Shown: positions 10,341 to 18,939, numbered from the stretch's first letter. The stretch is 34,834 nt of DNA from a virus (IMGVR_UViG_2541047861_000007:1-34834), one strand, 5' to 3'. A program made the numbers and translations. Notes: generated by a model from the sequence alone, not told the origin.

Positions 10341-10372
10341 CAAAACCGCTAATGGTCAGATTAGCGGTTTTT
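10341..10372. terminator. Bidirectional rho-independent terminator between convergent U and invertase genes
   Basis: aaaaccgctaatggtcagattagcggtttttt: 9-bp stem with an A-tract before and T-tract after. Confidence 0.65.
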
Positions 10373-10962
10373 TATTTTCCCTGAGTCTGCCCGGTTGTTT
10401 CTTCAGCCTGTATATCGCCTACAGGGTGATAACGATAAATCGTCGATATACCGATGTCGTAAATGATCGCCAGTTGTTTCCTGTCATGGCCGTTTTTAAT
10501 CAGCCTTTCTATTTGCTCATGTTGTTCTTTTGTCAACTTCGGGCGACGTCCGCCAATGCGTCCCTGTGCTCGTGCTGCTGCCAGCCCGGCCAGTGTACGC
10601 TCTACAATTAATTCACGTTCCATTTCTGCTAAAGCTCCCATGACGTGAAAAAAGAAACGCCCCATGGGTGTTGATGTGTCAATGCTGTCCGTCAGGCTAC
10701 GGAAATTAACACCTTTTTCCCGCAATTCCTCAATAAGCGTGATCAGGTGTTTCTTACTCCTGCCCAGCCTGTCCAGCTTCCAGACAACCAGCGTATCTCC
10801 TTCTGATAGCGTTCTGAGCAGTTTTTTCAATCCCGGTCTGGCTGATTTCGTTCCGCTGATTTTATCTTCAAAAATCAGTTCACATCCTGCGCACTCCAGC
10901 GCGTTACGCTGCAATTCCGTGTTCTGGTCATTTGTTGATACGCGAACATAACCAATAAGCAT
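10372..10962 (-). CDS. Serine-recombinase DNA invertase (Gin/Pin/Cin/Hin family)
   Basis: MLIGYVRVSTNDQNTELQRNAL..DTLVVWKLDRLGRS..FRSLTDSIDTSTPMGRFFFHVMGALAEMERELI..GRIGGRRPKLT is near-identical in motif content to Mu Gin, including the catalytic Ser in YVRVST and a C-terminal HTH. Confidence 0.93.
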   Translation of the reverse strand: MLIGYVRVSTNDQNTELQRNALECAGCELIFEDKISGTKSARPGLKKLLRTLSEGDTLVVWKLDRLGRSKKHLITLIEELREKGVNFRSLTDSIDTSTPMGRFFFHVMGALAEMERELIVERTLAGLAAARAQGRIGGRRPKLTKEQHEQIERLIKNGHDRKQLAIIYDIGISTIYRYHPVGDIQAEETTGQTQGK

Positions 10963-10989
10963 GAGCATCCCCCTGAATAAAAACCGGAG

Positions 10990-11403
10990 ATGATGCCCGT
11001 TACCCGTTATCTCTGCATTTTCACAAACGTTGGTTTGGGAGAAGCAGCGAAACGGGGGGTGGGAACAGGGGAAAATCAGATACCGGACATGGCTTCTTTT
11101 GCCAGTGGTGATGGATGGATGAAATTACCCAACGGGAAAATCCTGCAATATGGTCGTGGTGCGATTACGCCGACATTATCGACGCAAACAATGAGAATTA
11201 CATTCAGCATCCCTTTTCCTAAAGAAGTGGACTGCGCCATGCTTACCCATTCTGGTGATGGTGGTGCGCCTTTAGGCGCTGGACGGGGATTCGTGATGAC
11301 TGCAGAAGGTCCAACACTAACCGGTTTTAATTCCGCTTACAGAACTGCATCAACCAGCTCCACAGTATCGATGAATTACAGTTGGTGGGCTGTTGGTGAG
11401 TAA
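10990..11403 (+). CDS. Alternative (currently silent) tail-fibre C-terminal segment inside the invertible region
   Basis: Open frame on the opposite strand from H, containing VGLGE encoded by the same 15-bp sequence as LGLGE in H; no independent promoter expected. Confidence 0.65.
   Translation: MMPVTRYLCIFTNVGLGEAAKRGVGTGENQIPDMASFASGDGWMKLPNGKILQYGRGAITPTLSTQTMRITFSIPFPKEVDCAMLTHSGDGGAPLGAGRGFVMTAEGPTLTGFNSAYRTASTSSTVSMNYSWWAVGE
11019..11044. repeat. Gix/cix-like recombination site, left end of invertible segment (approximate)
   Basis: ttttcacaaacgTTGGTTTGGGAGAAg; the reverse complement reads TTCTCCCAAACC-AA-CGTTTGTGAA, resembling the 12+2+12 architecture of Gin-family sites and shared in inverted orientation with the H site. 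Confidence 0.5.
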
Positions 11404-11414
11404 TTTTATTCAGG

Positions 11415-11867
11415 GTGATTTATATGAACGAATATGTTTATAGTGCCAGACATAATGCTTTTTTCCCTGTGGATATGATTGATAAATATAAATCAGAGGG
11501 ATGGGATTTATCAGATGTGAAAGAAGTTAATCAAAATATTGTCGGTGAATTTATGGCTGAGCCGCCACAAGGAAAAATCCGTATTGCCGGAGATGATGGG
11601 CTGCCTGCGTGGGCAGATATTCCTCAACCCACGCATGAAGAGCTTATTGAAATTACTGAATCAGAAAGACAGCTACTAATTAACCAGGCCAACGAATACA
11701 TGAACAGTAAGCAATGGCCCGGTAAAGCCGCTATTGGTCGTCTGAAAGGTGAGGAACTGGCGCAATATAATTTGTGGCTGGATTATCTGGATGCACTGGA
11801 GCTGGTTGATACCTCCAGTGCGCCAGATATTGAATGGCCTACGCCTCCGGCAATTCAGGCCAGATGA
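11415..11867 (+). CDS. Tail fibre assembly protein (alternative, partner of the silent fibre tip)
   Basis: 150-aa ORF directly after the alternative fibre segment; 3' end overlaps convergently with the other assembly gene, the pattern of the Mu U/U' pair. Confidence 0.75.
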   Translation: MIYMNEYVYSARHNAFFPVDMIDKYKSEGWDLSDVKEVNQNIVGEFMAEPPQGKIRIAGDDGLPAWADIPQPTHEELIEITESERQLLINQANEYMNSKQWPGKAAIGRLKGEELAQYNLWLDYLDALELVDTSSAPDIEWPTPPAIQAR

Positions 11868-12441
11868 CATCCGGCGCGGTGCTGGTATCTGTTGCCGTCA
11901 CCGCGTCAATGTAATCCAGCACAGCGTTAAGTCTGGTTGTTTCTGCCTGTGTCAGTTTACGTCCGGCCTGCAATTTCAGTTGAATCAGACTGATGGAAGC
12001 CATTGCAGTATCAATCAGCGACTGGCGCTGTGCTTCTGCTGCATCTACTGCGGCGCTGTGCTGTGCCTCGGTATCCGTCACCCATTTCTCACCATCCCAT
12101 TTATCGTATGACGTTAACGGGGCGATAGTGGTTGTATTTTCAGGATAATCACCCGGAGCTGTGATTTCTTTCGATTCTCCTGTTTCGGTGCTATAGACAA
12201 TTTCACCGCGATGATCTGGCACATATTCCCATGAGTTTAAATCCATCGAACGGCAGATAGCATAACCCGCCTTATGTGTGCCAGGGGCATCTAAACAGGA
12301 ATATGCAGGGATACCGACACCAATGGCAAGATATTCATTTGAAGTGGAAATATATTCCCGTGTTTCACCATCATAGTTATAGACGGTAATATTCCCCGCC
12401 TTCGTGGCAATAAGTTCGCTATTTAATACGGCTTTATCCAT
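11839..12441 (-). CDS. G: Tail fibre assembly protein G (expressed orientation)
   Basis: 200-aa ORF immediately after H with an ATGA-type stop/start overlap; C-terminal ..TATDTSTAPDVIWPELPEA parallels the alternative copy (..VDTSSAPDIEWPTPPA). Confidence 0.8.
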   Translation of the reverse strand: MDKAVLNSELIATKAGNITVYNYDGETREYISTSNEYLAIGVGIPAYSCLDAPGTHKAGYAICRSMDLNSWEYVPDHRGEIVYSTETGESKEITAPGDYPENTTTIAPLTSYDKWDGEKWVTDTEAQHSAAVDAAEAQRQSLIDTAMASISLIQLKLQAGRKLTQAETTRLNAVLDYIDAVTATDTSTAPDVIWPELPEA

Positions 12442-13964
12442 TATGCAGCTCTCACGATATAGTTAAATGCAATATTTCGTGGACGGGTTTCGCTCCCACC
12501 TGTGTTACCAATACTCCCTCGTGTATGTAGCGTTGGTGATGGAATCAGAGTTCCTCCGGCATCGGCAGCATCAAGCCCCCGGCCTTGCGTATATGCTCTT
12601 CTGAAGATTGTCGCCAGTTCCCATTCCTCTTTTGAATCATACCCATCGTTGGCAACAACAATATGGCGGTGTTTTTCCAGCATCCCAGTCTGAATGCTCA
12701 ATAAAGCACGTCCTGCATCAATACCACGCCTGTCATCCCATCCACGAATAAACTCACCACGGAGATCAGGTAGTTTCCCTGATGGATATGCTGTAGCAAG
12801 ATGGGGATATTTCACCTTATCAAAGGCAGCGCCGTTGCATTTCAGCCAGCCCGTTGGCGGGGTTGCGGAGGGCCACGGAACAGGTACACCAACAGGCAAT
12901 GCAGAGCCTTCTCCCAAACCAAGATAATCAAGAACTCCCTGTGTGCTGGGCTTACTAAGAATTGCACGACCAACACTTGTCAGTGCAGTTAACGCGGCAC
13001 GATCTACCCCTGTAAAATAAGGGAGTTTATCTGCCGCTGTAGCAAGCCCTGCCAGAGCAGTGAGTATGGCGTTTGCCGGTTGTCTTCCATTAGCCAGGTC
13101 GTATGCAGCCTTTACCGCTTTTGGCGTTGCAGCCAGTGTTTCAGATGTGCTGTTGGTTGCACTACTGAGCTGAACAAGCCCTTTTTGCGTCGTGGTGGCG
13201 TTCTGGGCGGTATATTTCCCGTTAGCCAGGTCATACGCCGCCTTGACCGCTTTTGGCGTTGCAGCCAGTGTTTCAGACGTGCTGTTTGTGGCGCTACTGA
13301 GTTGAACAAGGCCTTTTCGTGCCGTAGTCGCATCCTGAGCGGTATATTTCCCGTTAGCCAGGTCATATGCAGCCTTTACCGCTTTCGGTGTTGCGGCCAG
13401 TGTTTCAGATGTACTGTTAGTTGCACTGCTTAACTGAGTAAAACCTTTTGCGGTCAGCGAGGCGTCCGGGTGGCGTCGTGACTGTTCGTGCTCAGAAATT
13501 TTGTCATCCACATATTTACGTGTTGCCAGTACCACAGCCGGGTCGATTTTCAGCGTGATGGCTTCGGTGTTCGTGACAACCAGAATCATGCGGATAGTCT
13601 GGGTACGACCACTGCCTTCCTGCAACTGCGGTTTGTACGTTTCCGGGCAGTTCGCCACCGCAATGAGTACGCCTTCATCATCATAAAGGCCAATCTCACG
13701 TATCCAGAATCCACCCTCGTTCTCAGGGATGATTTGCTCCGCAATAATCTGGTTCTGGCTGTTCGGGTCAACACTCAGAAGATTCAGCGGTGCAATGCGT
13801 TTCTGGTTAATCAGTTTTGTTTGTGCAGGATCTGGTGTCGGTAATACACCATTTGCATCACCAACGGCCATTTGCGTCAGATTCAGCTTACTGCCGAGCA
13901 TCGTCGCGTTAGCCAGTCGTGCTGCGCCCTGATTAGTCAGAATGGCGTAGTATTTCACTGTCAT
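12441..13964 (-). CDS. H: Tail fibre protein H (constant N-terminal part plus variable C-terminal part)
   Basis: 507 aa with three tandem 44-aa repeats and a C-terminal receptor-binding-type region (WLKCNGAAFDKVKYPHLATAYPSGKLPDLRGEFIRGWDD); follows gpI as in P2. Confidence 0.9.
   Translation of the reverse strand: MTVKYYAILTNQGAARLANATMLGSKLNLTQMAVGDANGVLPTPDPAQTKLINQKRIAPLNLLSVDPNSQNQIIAEQIIPENEGGFWIREIGLYDDEGVLIAVANCPETYKPQLQEGSGRTQTIRMILVVTNTEAITLKIDPAVVLATRKYVDDKISEHEQSRRHPDASLTAKGFTQLSSATNSTSETLAATPKAVKAAYDLANGKYTAQDATTARKGLVQLSSATNSTSETLAATPKAVKAAYDLANGKYTAQNATTTQKGLVQLSSATNSTSETLAATPKAVKAAYDLANGRQPANAILTALAGLATAADKLPYFTGVDRAALTALTSVGRAILSKPSTQGVLDYLGLGEGSALPVGVPVPWPSATPPTGWLKCNGAAFDKVKYPHLATAYPSGKLPDLRGEFIRGWDDRRGIDAGRALLSIQTGMLEKHRHIVVANDGYDSKEEWELATIFRRAYTQGRGLDAADAGGTLIPSPTLHTRGSIGNTGGSETRPRNIAFNYIVRAA
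12909..12934. repeat. Gix/cix-like recombination site inside H at the constant/variable junction (approximate)
   Basis: Plus strand TTCTCCCAAACC-AA-GATAATCAAGAA; the 15-bp core is identical, in inverted orientation, to the site near 11029..11043. Confidence 0.5.
13083..13448 (-). repeat. Tandem 132-bp (44-codon) in-frame repeats within H, about 2.8 copies
   Basis: Protein repeat KG(F/L)(T/V)QLSSATNSTSETLAATPKAVKAAYDLANGKYTAQ.ATT.. at residues 173-216, 217-260 and 261-294; the repeat is also visible in the overlapping artefactual ORFs 13080..13433 and 13112..13366. Confidence 0.8.
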
Positions 13965-14569
13965 GCGTTTACTCTCAGGTTATCAATTAAATGAATGGCC
14001 GGGGCCGGGAAATAATCCCCTTCGACAACAATGGACTCCGGGGTGTAGGGATAAACCGTCAGGGCGTCGCCGTAATAGCATCCCGTACCAACGAAAATCT
14101 TTCCGTTCACACTCAGACTGATCGCCAGCCCTGTCAGATGGCGACTTACTGGTTTTGCATCCGCAATAAGGCGCTCAAGTTCCTGATACATTTCATCGGT
14201 GATGCCCTGATCAAGTACTCCGACAACAATGCGAAATGTTCCCGGCTCCTCGTTGAGTTGCCACCACTCCTTTACTTCAATCAGGTAGCCGAGAGGCTCC
14301 ACGGCTCTTCGCAGGGCGCTGATGGTTCCTTTGTGTCGGTGTATCAGCCATGCATCACGAATCACCTGTCGCTTTGTCTCTTCCGGCCAGTTGCGATCCC
14401 AGCGGTCAACGGAAAACGCCCAGGCGAGATAAGGCAGCAGATGTACCGGGCAGGTGTCCGGCGACCACAGCGTGTTGAGGTCTACCGGAATGTCTGTAAT
14501 GCGTGTTCCGACGGCTTCGGCACAACGCATGAAATTGCTGGCTGATGGTGGTAACAACGAATTACTCAT
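13961..14569 (-). CDS. I: Baseplate protein I
   Basis: Position between J and H; start placed at MSNSLLPPSAS (the ORF track extends upstream to 14602). Confidence 0.85.
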   Translation of the reverse strand: MSNSLLPPSASNFMRCAEAVGTRITDIPVDLNTLWSPDTCPVHLLPYLAWAFSVDRWDRNWPEETKRQVIRDAWLIHRHKGTISALRRAVEPLGYLIEVKEWWQLNEEPGTFRIVVGVLDQGITDEMYQELERLIADAKPVSRHLTGLAISLSVNGKIFVGTGCYYGDALTVYPYTPESIVVEGDYFPAPAIHLIDNLRVNA

Positions 14570-15458
14570 TACGCCCACCTTCGCTGATGGTGAGCGACTC
14601 ACAGCGCGCCGCCTGTATGTCGCTGATGGCCATATTCTGTGTGGGTTCGATTATCTCCACGCGTTGCACACCGTGCACATGCAGTGCGGCAGCAATGGCG
14701 GACAACGCCACGTCCTGACCGATAAGCCCCTGCTCAGCCAGCCACTTCCTGAACGACGATTCAGCCGCAGCCAGAATAGGTTCGGATTCCGGGCCAGGGT
14801 AAAAGTACAGTTTTGCATTCAGCCGCCATGTCACGATTCTGGCGCTCTGTACGGTCAGGCGGTCGGCCACCGGGCGGGTATCCTCTGCATTCAGAACGGC
14901 GCGAACGGTATTAAGCAACGCCTCCGTTGCTGTGCCGTCGCCCTCAGTGGACAGGATGGAAACCGTCACGTTGGCCGGAGACGGGCTGATGGCCCGCGCG
15001 TCGCGTACCAGACCGCTGGCGCTGCGTGCAAAATACTCGTATGCACCTGACGGGCCAGCAACACTCAGACCGTCATACGCCCGTTGCGCCCGCAGTCTCA
15101 GTGAGGTGTCACTTTCCATCACCGCGTCGGTGGTATCCGTTGCCGGAGTGATAACCAGGCGCTTTGTGTTCATATTGCCCGCGAGGTTGTCCAGGTCTGT
15201 CCCGGCGCTGTGGCTTAGCATGCAGGCGCGTGCACCCTCATTGACCCGCTGGCGTAACAGCATTTCACGAAACGCTGTTGTCTGGGCGATAACGTTCAGG
15301 GGTTCCGATTCCAGCTCCAGCGCGGCGGAGACGGCTTCACGCTGTTCGGCAGGATAGGACGCAATCATCATGGCCTTTGTGTCAGCCAGAATTGCCTCAA
15401 AATCAGGCTCCGCGATGATGGCGGGTTCCGGTAACTGGGAAAGGTCAACAGCAGGCAT
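14562..15458 (-). CDS. J: Baseplate assembly protein J
   Basis: 298 aa, position and size match P2 gpJ. Confidence 0.9.
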   Translation of the reverse strand: MPAVDLSQLPEPAIIAEPDFEAILADTKAMMIASYPAEQREAVSAALELESEPLNVIAQTTAFREMLLRQRVNEGARACMLSHSAGTDLDNLAGNMNTKRLVITPATDTTDAVMESDTSLRLRAQRAYDGLSVAGPSGAYEYFARSASGLVRDARAISPSPANVTVSILSTEGDGTATEALLNTVRAVLNAEDTRPVADRLTVQSARIVTWRLNAKLYFYPGPESEPILAAAESSFRKWLAEQGLIGQDVALSAIAAALHVHGVQRVEIIEPTQNMAISDIQAARCESLTISEGGRNE

Positions 15459-15461
15459 GAT

Positions 15462-15812
15462 TTACTCTCTCAGCGTGATGGTTAATTCAACATTCTGCAT
15501 GGTCTGCATGACAATGCCCGACAGCGTCACCCCGGCGCGGCCTCCTGCCTTCCAGACAACGTCGATGGCGTCCAGGGCAATGCGGGGTTCCCATCGTGTC
15601 AGCGCAATCACGGCAGCACTCATGCATTGCAGACGAGTTGTGTTATTCATGGGTTCGTCAATCAAATCAGGCACAAGGCTGCCATATTCCCGTCGCATAA
15701 CCCGGCTTGCCAGCGGGGTGATCAGGATGTCCCTGACTGACTGTTTCAGGTGCTCCATATCGTTCAGGTTTCCCGTCCCGTCCGGATTCATTCCTGTGTA
15801 GCGGGTTGTCAC
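15462..15812 (-). CDS. W: Baseplate wedge protein W
   Basis: 116 aa between V and J, size of P2 gpW. Confidence 0.88.
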   Translation of the reverse strand: MTTRYTGMNPDGTGNLNDMEHLKQSVRDILITPLASRVMRREYGSLVPDLIDEPMNNTTRLQCMSAAVIALTRWEPRIALDAIDVVWKAGGRAGVTLSGIVMQTMQNVELTITLRE

Positions 15813-16390
15813 TGCGGGCCTCCTGTCGAATCGCTGCCACCTTTCACGCCACCGTGTTTATGCGTATGCACGGTAATGCCGTTTGAGGTGAAGTTGCCGC
15901 CGCTGTGCGTGATATTGCCGCTCATCTTTCCTCCTTTTGTTACGTCAAGCGTCGCCGTTCTCAGAAGGTTTGTGCATTCCACGACGGGCGTGTCCAGTTT
16001 CACGCTGACGGATGCCTGTAAAGTGGCCGTTTTCATGCCGCTGGCGCTCAGTGCGCCTGCGTCCGCGTCGTAGCGGAACACCGCGCCGTCCGGCGCGCTG
16101 ATCACGATTTCTTTCAGGCTTTTGCCGGGAGCCGGATTGGCATCACTCCACAGGCTGCCAATTATCATGGCGGTTTCCGGGTTGCCGCCAATGCAGGCAA
16201 TTACCACCTGTTCGCCTGGTGATGGCGGCAGCCACACATTGAAGGCTCCCGCGCGCGTGGTGTTCCAGCGCAGCCAGCCTGTTTCCAGTTCGCCGCTGCG
16301 AACGCGCACGCGCCAGGACTTCTCATCAACTTCAGAGATGATCCCGGTGCGGATGATATTGCTCAGCAGTCGCATGAGTTCTGCGCTCAC
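15809..16390 (-). CDS. V: Baseplate spike protein V
   Basis: 193 aa with a Gly/Ser-rich C-terminal region typical of spike proteins; position matches P2 gpV. Confidence 0.88.
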   Translation of the reverse strand: MSAELMRLLSNIIRTGIISEVDEKSWRVRVRSGELETGWLRWNTTRAGAFNVWLPPSPGEQVVIACIGGNPETAMIIGSLWSDANPAPGKSLKEIVISAPDGAVFRYDADAGALSASGMKTATLQASVSVKLDTPVVECTNLLRTATLDVTKGGKMSGNITHSGGNFTSNGITVHTHKHGGVKGGSDSTGGPQ

Positions 16391-17031
16391 CGTACAGCCT
16401 CCGCAATCCGGCCCAGCACCGTGTTATAAATCAGGCGTTCATCTGCCTGACTGATGCCCAACAGCTCACGTACCGGGTAATCGGTGAAAATGCCCGGCGC
16501 AACCTGATCGCGCTCACCGAACTGATGAACGCGGGCAATACGTGCGGCCACGCCGCTGTAACCCACCGTCACACCGGAAGCATCTGCACGGGCTTTCAGG
16601 TAGCGGGCGGTGCGCAGTTTTACGAACATGGGGACGCGCTTTGTGCTGTCCTGGTTGATGCGCCGGGTGCGTATTTCCAGAAAACGGTCGATGTCATCCC
16701 GGTAAAACGTGCGGATATTGTTTTTATCCTCATCCCATCCGGTAATGGTTCGCCCGTATTTCCCCGTGTCGTGATGCCAGTTTTTCAGCGTGCGTGCTTC
16801 GTTATTCCAGATAAAGCGAATGCGTTCCTGTATCCGGGTTACGCGGCGTCTGCGCGGTGTCCATGCGGTCCCGTCCGGCGCTTTCTGTGACCGGATGCGC
16901 GCCTGCTGGGCGCGGCGTAAATCCTGTGCCAGCTTTCTGGCGATGTTATTGATGGCCTGCTGATTCAGGCTGTCGCGGATGGCCTCAAAGGTTTCATCCA
17001 CGCGGGTGAATGCCTTATCCATCGCTTTCAC
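16387..17031 (-). CDS. S: Tail completion / virion morphogenesis protein (gpS position)
   Basis: Placed by synteny between R and V; at 214 aa it is longer than P2 gpS (about 150 aa), so the family assignment is tentative. Confidence 0.6.
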   Translation of the reverse strand: MKAMDKAFTRVDETFEAIRDSLNQQAINNIARKLAQDLRRAQQARIRSQKAPDGTAWTPRRRRVTRIQERIRFIWNNEARTLKNWHHDTGKYGRTITGWDEDKNNIRTFYRDDIDRFLEIRTRRINQDSTKRVPMFVKLRTARYLKARADASGVTVGYSGVAARIARVHQFGERDQVAPGIFTDYPVRELLGISQADERLIYNTVLGRIAEAVR

Positions 17032-17482
17032 ACCACGTCACATCCTGGAATACATGCGACCAGTCGCCTTCGGAAGATGGCAGGCGGGGTTTTGGCTCCG
17101 GCAGGTGTTCTGCCTGCGGTGTGCCCTGACTGCTGCGCGTGATGCGAACGCGTTCCCGCAGGGGGAGCGTAAACAGGAGATCGGCGCTGTCATCGCCATT
17201 GATAACGGCGGAGAATTTGATGTCCTGATTACGCTCAGGGTTGAGCAACAACTGTGGCTGATTTTCGGATAACCACGCCAGCAGCGGCAGCGTGAGGTCA
17301 TCCAGCTCCCCGGCGTAATCCATGACAAACATCACCATCTGATAGCGGTAAACAAACGATGGGGTTTCTCCTGTCGTTTCAATGTTGCCGCTCTCCACGA
17401 AAATGGTGAATTTTTCCGGGTTGGCCTGACACCATCGGCATGAACGGGTCATGGCTTCACGCAGGGAATCAGTTTTCAGCAT
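17015..17482 (-). CDS. R: Tail completion protein R
   Basis: 155 aa, MLKTDSLREAMT..NPEKFTIFVESGNI..LLAWLSENQP parallels P2 gpR. Confidence 0.8.
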   Translation of the reverse strand: MLKTDSLREAMTRSCRWCQANPEKFTIFVESGNIETTGETPSFVYRYQMVMFVMDYAGELDDLTLPLLAWLSENQPQLLLNPERNQDIKFSAVINGDDSADLLFTLPLRERVRITRSSQGTPQAEHLPEPKPRLPSSEGDWSHVFQDVTWCESDG

Positions 17483-17759
17483 GGTTGTTGTCCTCGTTGT
17501 TCAGTTGTTGCAGCCTGCGCTGTTCCAGTAATTCAATGGTCCGTTTATCCGCGTTACAGGTTTCCAGTGCATCCAGAAGGCGGTCGCCCCATATACCGAG
17601 ATTTCCCCATGTGGGAGTGTCAGGGAAGGGGGGAGGTGTTACCGGTATGGTCAGCGTCTGCGGTATAAGCCGGACTGACGGCGCTGGCCGTGGCGCGTTC
17701 TGCGTGCCTGCGCAACCTGTCAGTAAAACGAGCGTCAGGCAAAGCGTGGGCGCATTCAT
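17469..17759 (-). CDS. lysC: Outer-membrane spanin lipoprotein (LysC/Rz1-like), overlapping the 3' end of the i-spanin gene
   Basis: Signal peptide with lipobox (MNAPTLCLTLVLLTGCAG), Pro-rich mature part; alternate frame overlapping lysB. Confidence 0.7.
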   Translation of the reverse strand: MNAPTLCLTLVLLTGCAGTQNAPRPAPSVRLIPQTLTIPVTPPPFPDTPTWGNLGIWGDRLLDALETCNADKRTIELLEQRRLQQLNNEDNNHAEN

Positions 17760-18027
17760 CTTTTGCAATATCGTTGCGTAACTGTTCACGTCTGGCCTCT
17801 CCGTCCTGATTTCGCTGTTGATTTTCCACGCGGAGTTGCGCCAGCACCTGCTGCATATCCTGTACCCCGGTGCTGATGATATTCAGGTTGTCGACGGTGC
17901 TTTTCAGGGCGCTGGCCTGCGCTTCGTTTCTGGCGTTCTCCCGGCCCAGCGACCACGACAGACGCATGGATGTTCCCCATGCGGCAATCAGAAGGAAAGC
18001 GACGCCCAGCGTGGGCCAGAGCTTCAT
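17620..18027 (-). CDS. lysB: Inner-membrane spanin (LysB/Rz-like)
   Basis: N-terminal transmembrane segment (MKLWPTLGVAFLLIAAWG) followed by a charged coiled-coil region; start overlaps the endolysin stop (ATGA). Confidence 0.7.
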   Translation of the reverse strand: MKLWPTLGVAFLLIAAWGTSMRLSWSLGRENARNEAQASALKSTVDNLNIISTGVQDMQQVLAQLRVENQQRNQDGEARREQLRNDIAKDECAHALPDARFTDRLRRHAERATASAVSPAYTADADHTGNTSPLP

Positions 18028-18416
18028 GCCGGATAGGCTCCGTGTGGTAACTGAAAATGCGGTCCGTCTTTCAGGGTCTTCCAGTCGCCGCCCCATTCCA
18101 CCGGAATATTCAGTTCCCGGCTGGCCTGTCTGAATGCTGCTGCGATTTTTTCGTACAGCGGCCATTCCCATGACACCTGGCTGCCGATATAAGCCACAAC
18201 ATCCACGGCATGTCCCGTAAGGTGGCGGCTGTTCATGGTCTGGCTCTTACCTGTGGCCACAAGTTGCTTCTGGCGGTAACGGCTGCGCAACCCTTCGGTG
18301 ATACCAAAATCCACTTCCGAAATTTCCAGTGCCCGTCGGGTCACTTTCACCAGATCAGGATTTACGCCCTGCAAATTCTTTTCGCTCCGGCTGCTGAATT
18401 TAAATGTGTTGCTCAT
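18024..18416 (-). CDS. Endolysin, peptidase M15-type (L-alanyl-D-glutamate / VanY-like metallopeptidase)
   Basis: 130 aa with spacing resembling the zinc-binding motifs of M15 peptidases (..SRHLTGHAVDV.. and ..GGDWKTLKDGPHFQL); sits between holin and spanins. Confidence 0.75.
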   Translation of the reverse strand: MSNTFKFSSRSEKNLQGVNPDLVKVTRRALEISEVDFGITEGLRSRYRQKQLVATGKSQTMNSRHLTGHAVDVVAYIGSQVSWEWPLYEKIAAAFRQASRELNIPVEWGGDWKTLKDGPHFQLPHGAYPA

Positions 18417-18736
18417 TCGTCCTTCTCCTTCACCCTGCGATTAAAGGCTGCAATAACCTTGTCGCGTGCTTTCTCTGCGCCCATAAAACCGATTGATGCG
18501 CCGATAAACGTCACGGCATCTTCAGGAAAACCGAAGAAGCGCAACGACCCGGCCACGGCCATGGCAAGAACGCCGCACGCCAGCGATCCCGTTACGGTCT
18601 GAACCAGTGTTCGTCCGTCATAAAGACTCATCAGCGCGGAAATGCTGACCGCCGCGCCTACTGCATACACCGTTGGCAGGTGGTCAAAGAGCCACGCAAT
18701 AACCTGCTCTGTGATCCCTGTTTGAATGGTGCTCAC
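18413..18736 (-). CDS. Holin (class I-like, three predicted transmembrane segments)
   Basis: About 107 aa from a GTG start preceded by GGAG; three hydrophobic stretches and a charged C-terminus (EKARDKVIAAFNRRVKEKDE); directly upstream of the endolysin. Confidence 0.6.
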   Translation of the reverse strand: MSTIQTGITEQVIAWLFDHLPTVYAVGAAVSISALMSLYDGRTLVQTVTGSLACGVLAMAVAGSLRFFGFPEDAVTFIGASIGFMGAEKARDKVIAAFNRRVKEKDE

Positions 18737-18738
18737 TG

Positions 18739-18939
18739 CTACTCCCCCCACAACTGAATCATTTCTCGTTTCTTCTTCTCCGGCTCCGGCATCTCCACGT
18801 CCTGCCCGGCGTCCAGAAATACCTGCTGACAGAGTCCGGGGTTGGCATCCAGCACCTTTTCGGTGACGCCCTGCGTCGTGCCGTAGTACCGGAAACAGAG
18901 CGAATCCACGGTGTCGCCTTCCAGTGCCTTCACTTTCAT
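18739..18939 (-). CDS. X: Tail protein X
   Basis: MKVKALEGDTVDSLCFRYYGTTQGVTEKVLDANPGL parallels P2 gpX (QGDTLDAICVRYYGRTEGVVETVLAANPGL). Confidence 0.85.
   Translation of the reverse strand: MKVKALEGDTVDSLCFRYYGTTQGVTEKVLDANPGLCQQVFLDAGQDVEMPEPEKKKREMIQLWGE

Noticed and set aside
13080-13433. Repetitive sequence that might be mistaken for a CRISPR array or a separate Cys-rich gene (ORF 13080..13433)
   Set aside because: The repeats are 132-bp in-frame coding repeats of tail fibre H with no spacer-repeat architecture and no cas genes.
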